Shown here one piece after another: positions 63,875 through 64,000 of a stretch of 64,000 nucleotides of DNA. The stretch is taken from positions 244,333 to 308,332 of the forward strand of contig CAVHLO010000001.1 in the NCBI GenBank assembly GCA_963637115.1, written 5' to 3'. Each line of letters starts with the position of its first letter. Position 1 is the stretch's first letter. This stretch comes from a bacterium (GTDB lineage Bacteria; Patescibacteriota; Saccharimonadia; Saccharimonadales; Saccharimonadaceae). Position numbers and translations under genes: made by a program. The notes beneath the pieces were generated by a model. It searched no databases. It saw only the letters and a list, made by a program, of their open reading frames with translations, and was not told the DNA's origin.

Positions 63875-64000
63875 TGAGAATAAGGAGAAGTAAGCAGATT
63901 TGGTTTGTGATGTTGGGGGTGTTTGTGGCGGTATTTTTGTTTACTTTTTTGGCGCAGAAGTTTAGTAAAAAATCAGAGGTAGAGGCGGCGAGTCTTGCGG
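63874..64000 (+). CDS. hypothetical membrane-anchored protein, N-terminal part (runs off the right edge)
   Basis: The ATG overlaps the preceding stop (TAATG). MRIRRSKQIWFVMLGVFVAVFLFTFLAQ signal-anchor. Confidence 0.4.
   Translation, partial: MRIRRSKQIWFVMLGVFVAVFLFTFLAQKFSKKSEVEAASLA

Overview
Gene-dense bacterial chromosomal window with about 60 protein genes and 4 tRNAs. There is no rRNA and no CRISPR array. The standard genetic code applies, and all three stop codons are used. The window spans the replication origin: rpmH-rnpA-yidC-jag on the + strand diverge from dnaA-dnaN-recF on the - strand, with DnaA-box clusters on both sides of dnaA. Left to right the content is: type I R-M hsdM/hsdS plus a NYN nuclease; a secreted cutinase-vWA fusion; LD-carboxypeptidase, ackA and a xerC-like recombinase; a complete secretin-less type IV pilus locus (618-aa pilin-like protein, pilD, two pilin paralogs, pilC-pilT-pilB, a small membrane protein, PilO/PilN-like proteins, pilM); tlyA-efp; rpsF-ssb-rpsR with a structured leader; an operon encoding a PEGA-like protein, a 1040-aa four-module cell-wall hydrolase and a membrane protein; ftsK; tRNA-Gln; rlmH and tsaD; a P-type ATPase; two FemAB-family genes; an IS-transposase remnant; GH13; valS; HIT; PAP2; a small accessory islet (Fic, tRNA-Arg, AbrB/MraZ-like, tRNA-Ser, RhuM-Doc); a truncated Mur-ligase paralog facing murE; a MacB-like ABC pair; tRNA-Ser; rlmD; a 725-aa membrane protein; the origin block; LCP; a protein consisting only of the LexA DNA-binding domain; and an AAA ATPase. 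Gene content and compactness suggest a reduced-genome Patescibacteria/CPR (Saccharibacteria-like) organism, but this is inference only. The most unusual signals are not genes. (i) A family of about 100-nt GC-rich palindromic elements is inserted in frame inside valS and a FemAB gene, resembling Rickettsia RPEs. (ii) Three of the four tRNA genes are followed, one 76-81-nt period downstream, by exact copies of their own 3' ends (19-56 nt, including CCA) embedded in hairpin modules. (iii) At least 17 genes or operon heads have a TATAAT-like box ending 6-7 nt before the start codon, implying leaderless transcripts. (iv) A 12-bp-phased array of six degenerate DnaA boxes lies between dnaA and dnaN.
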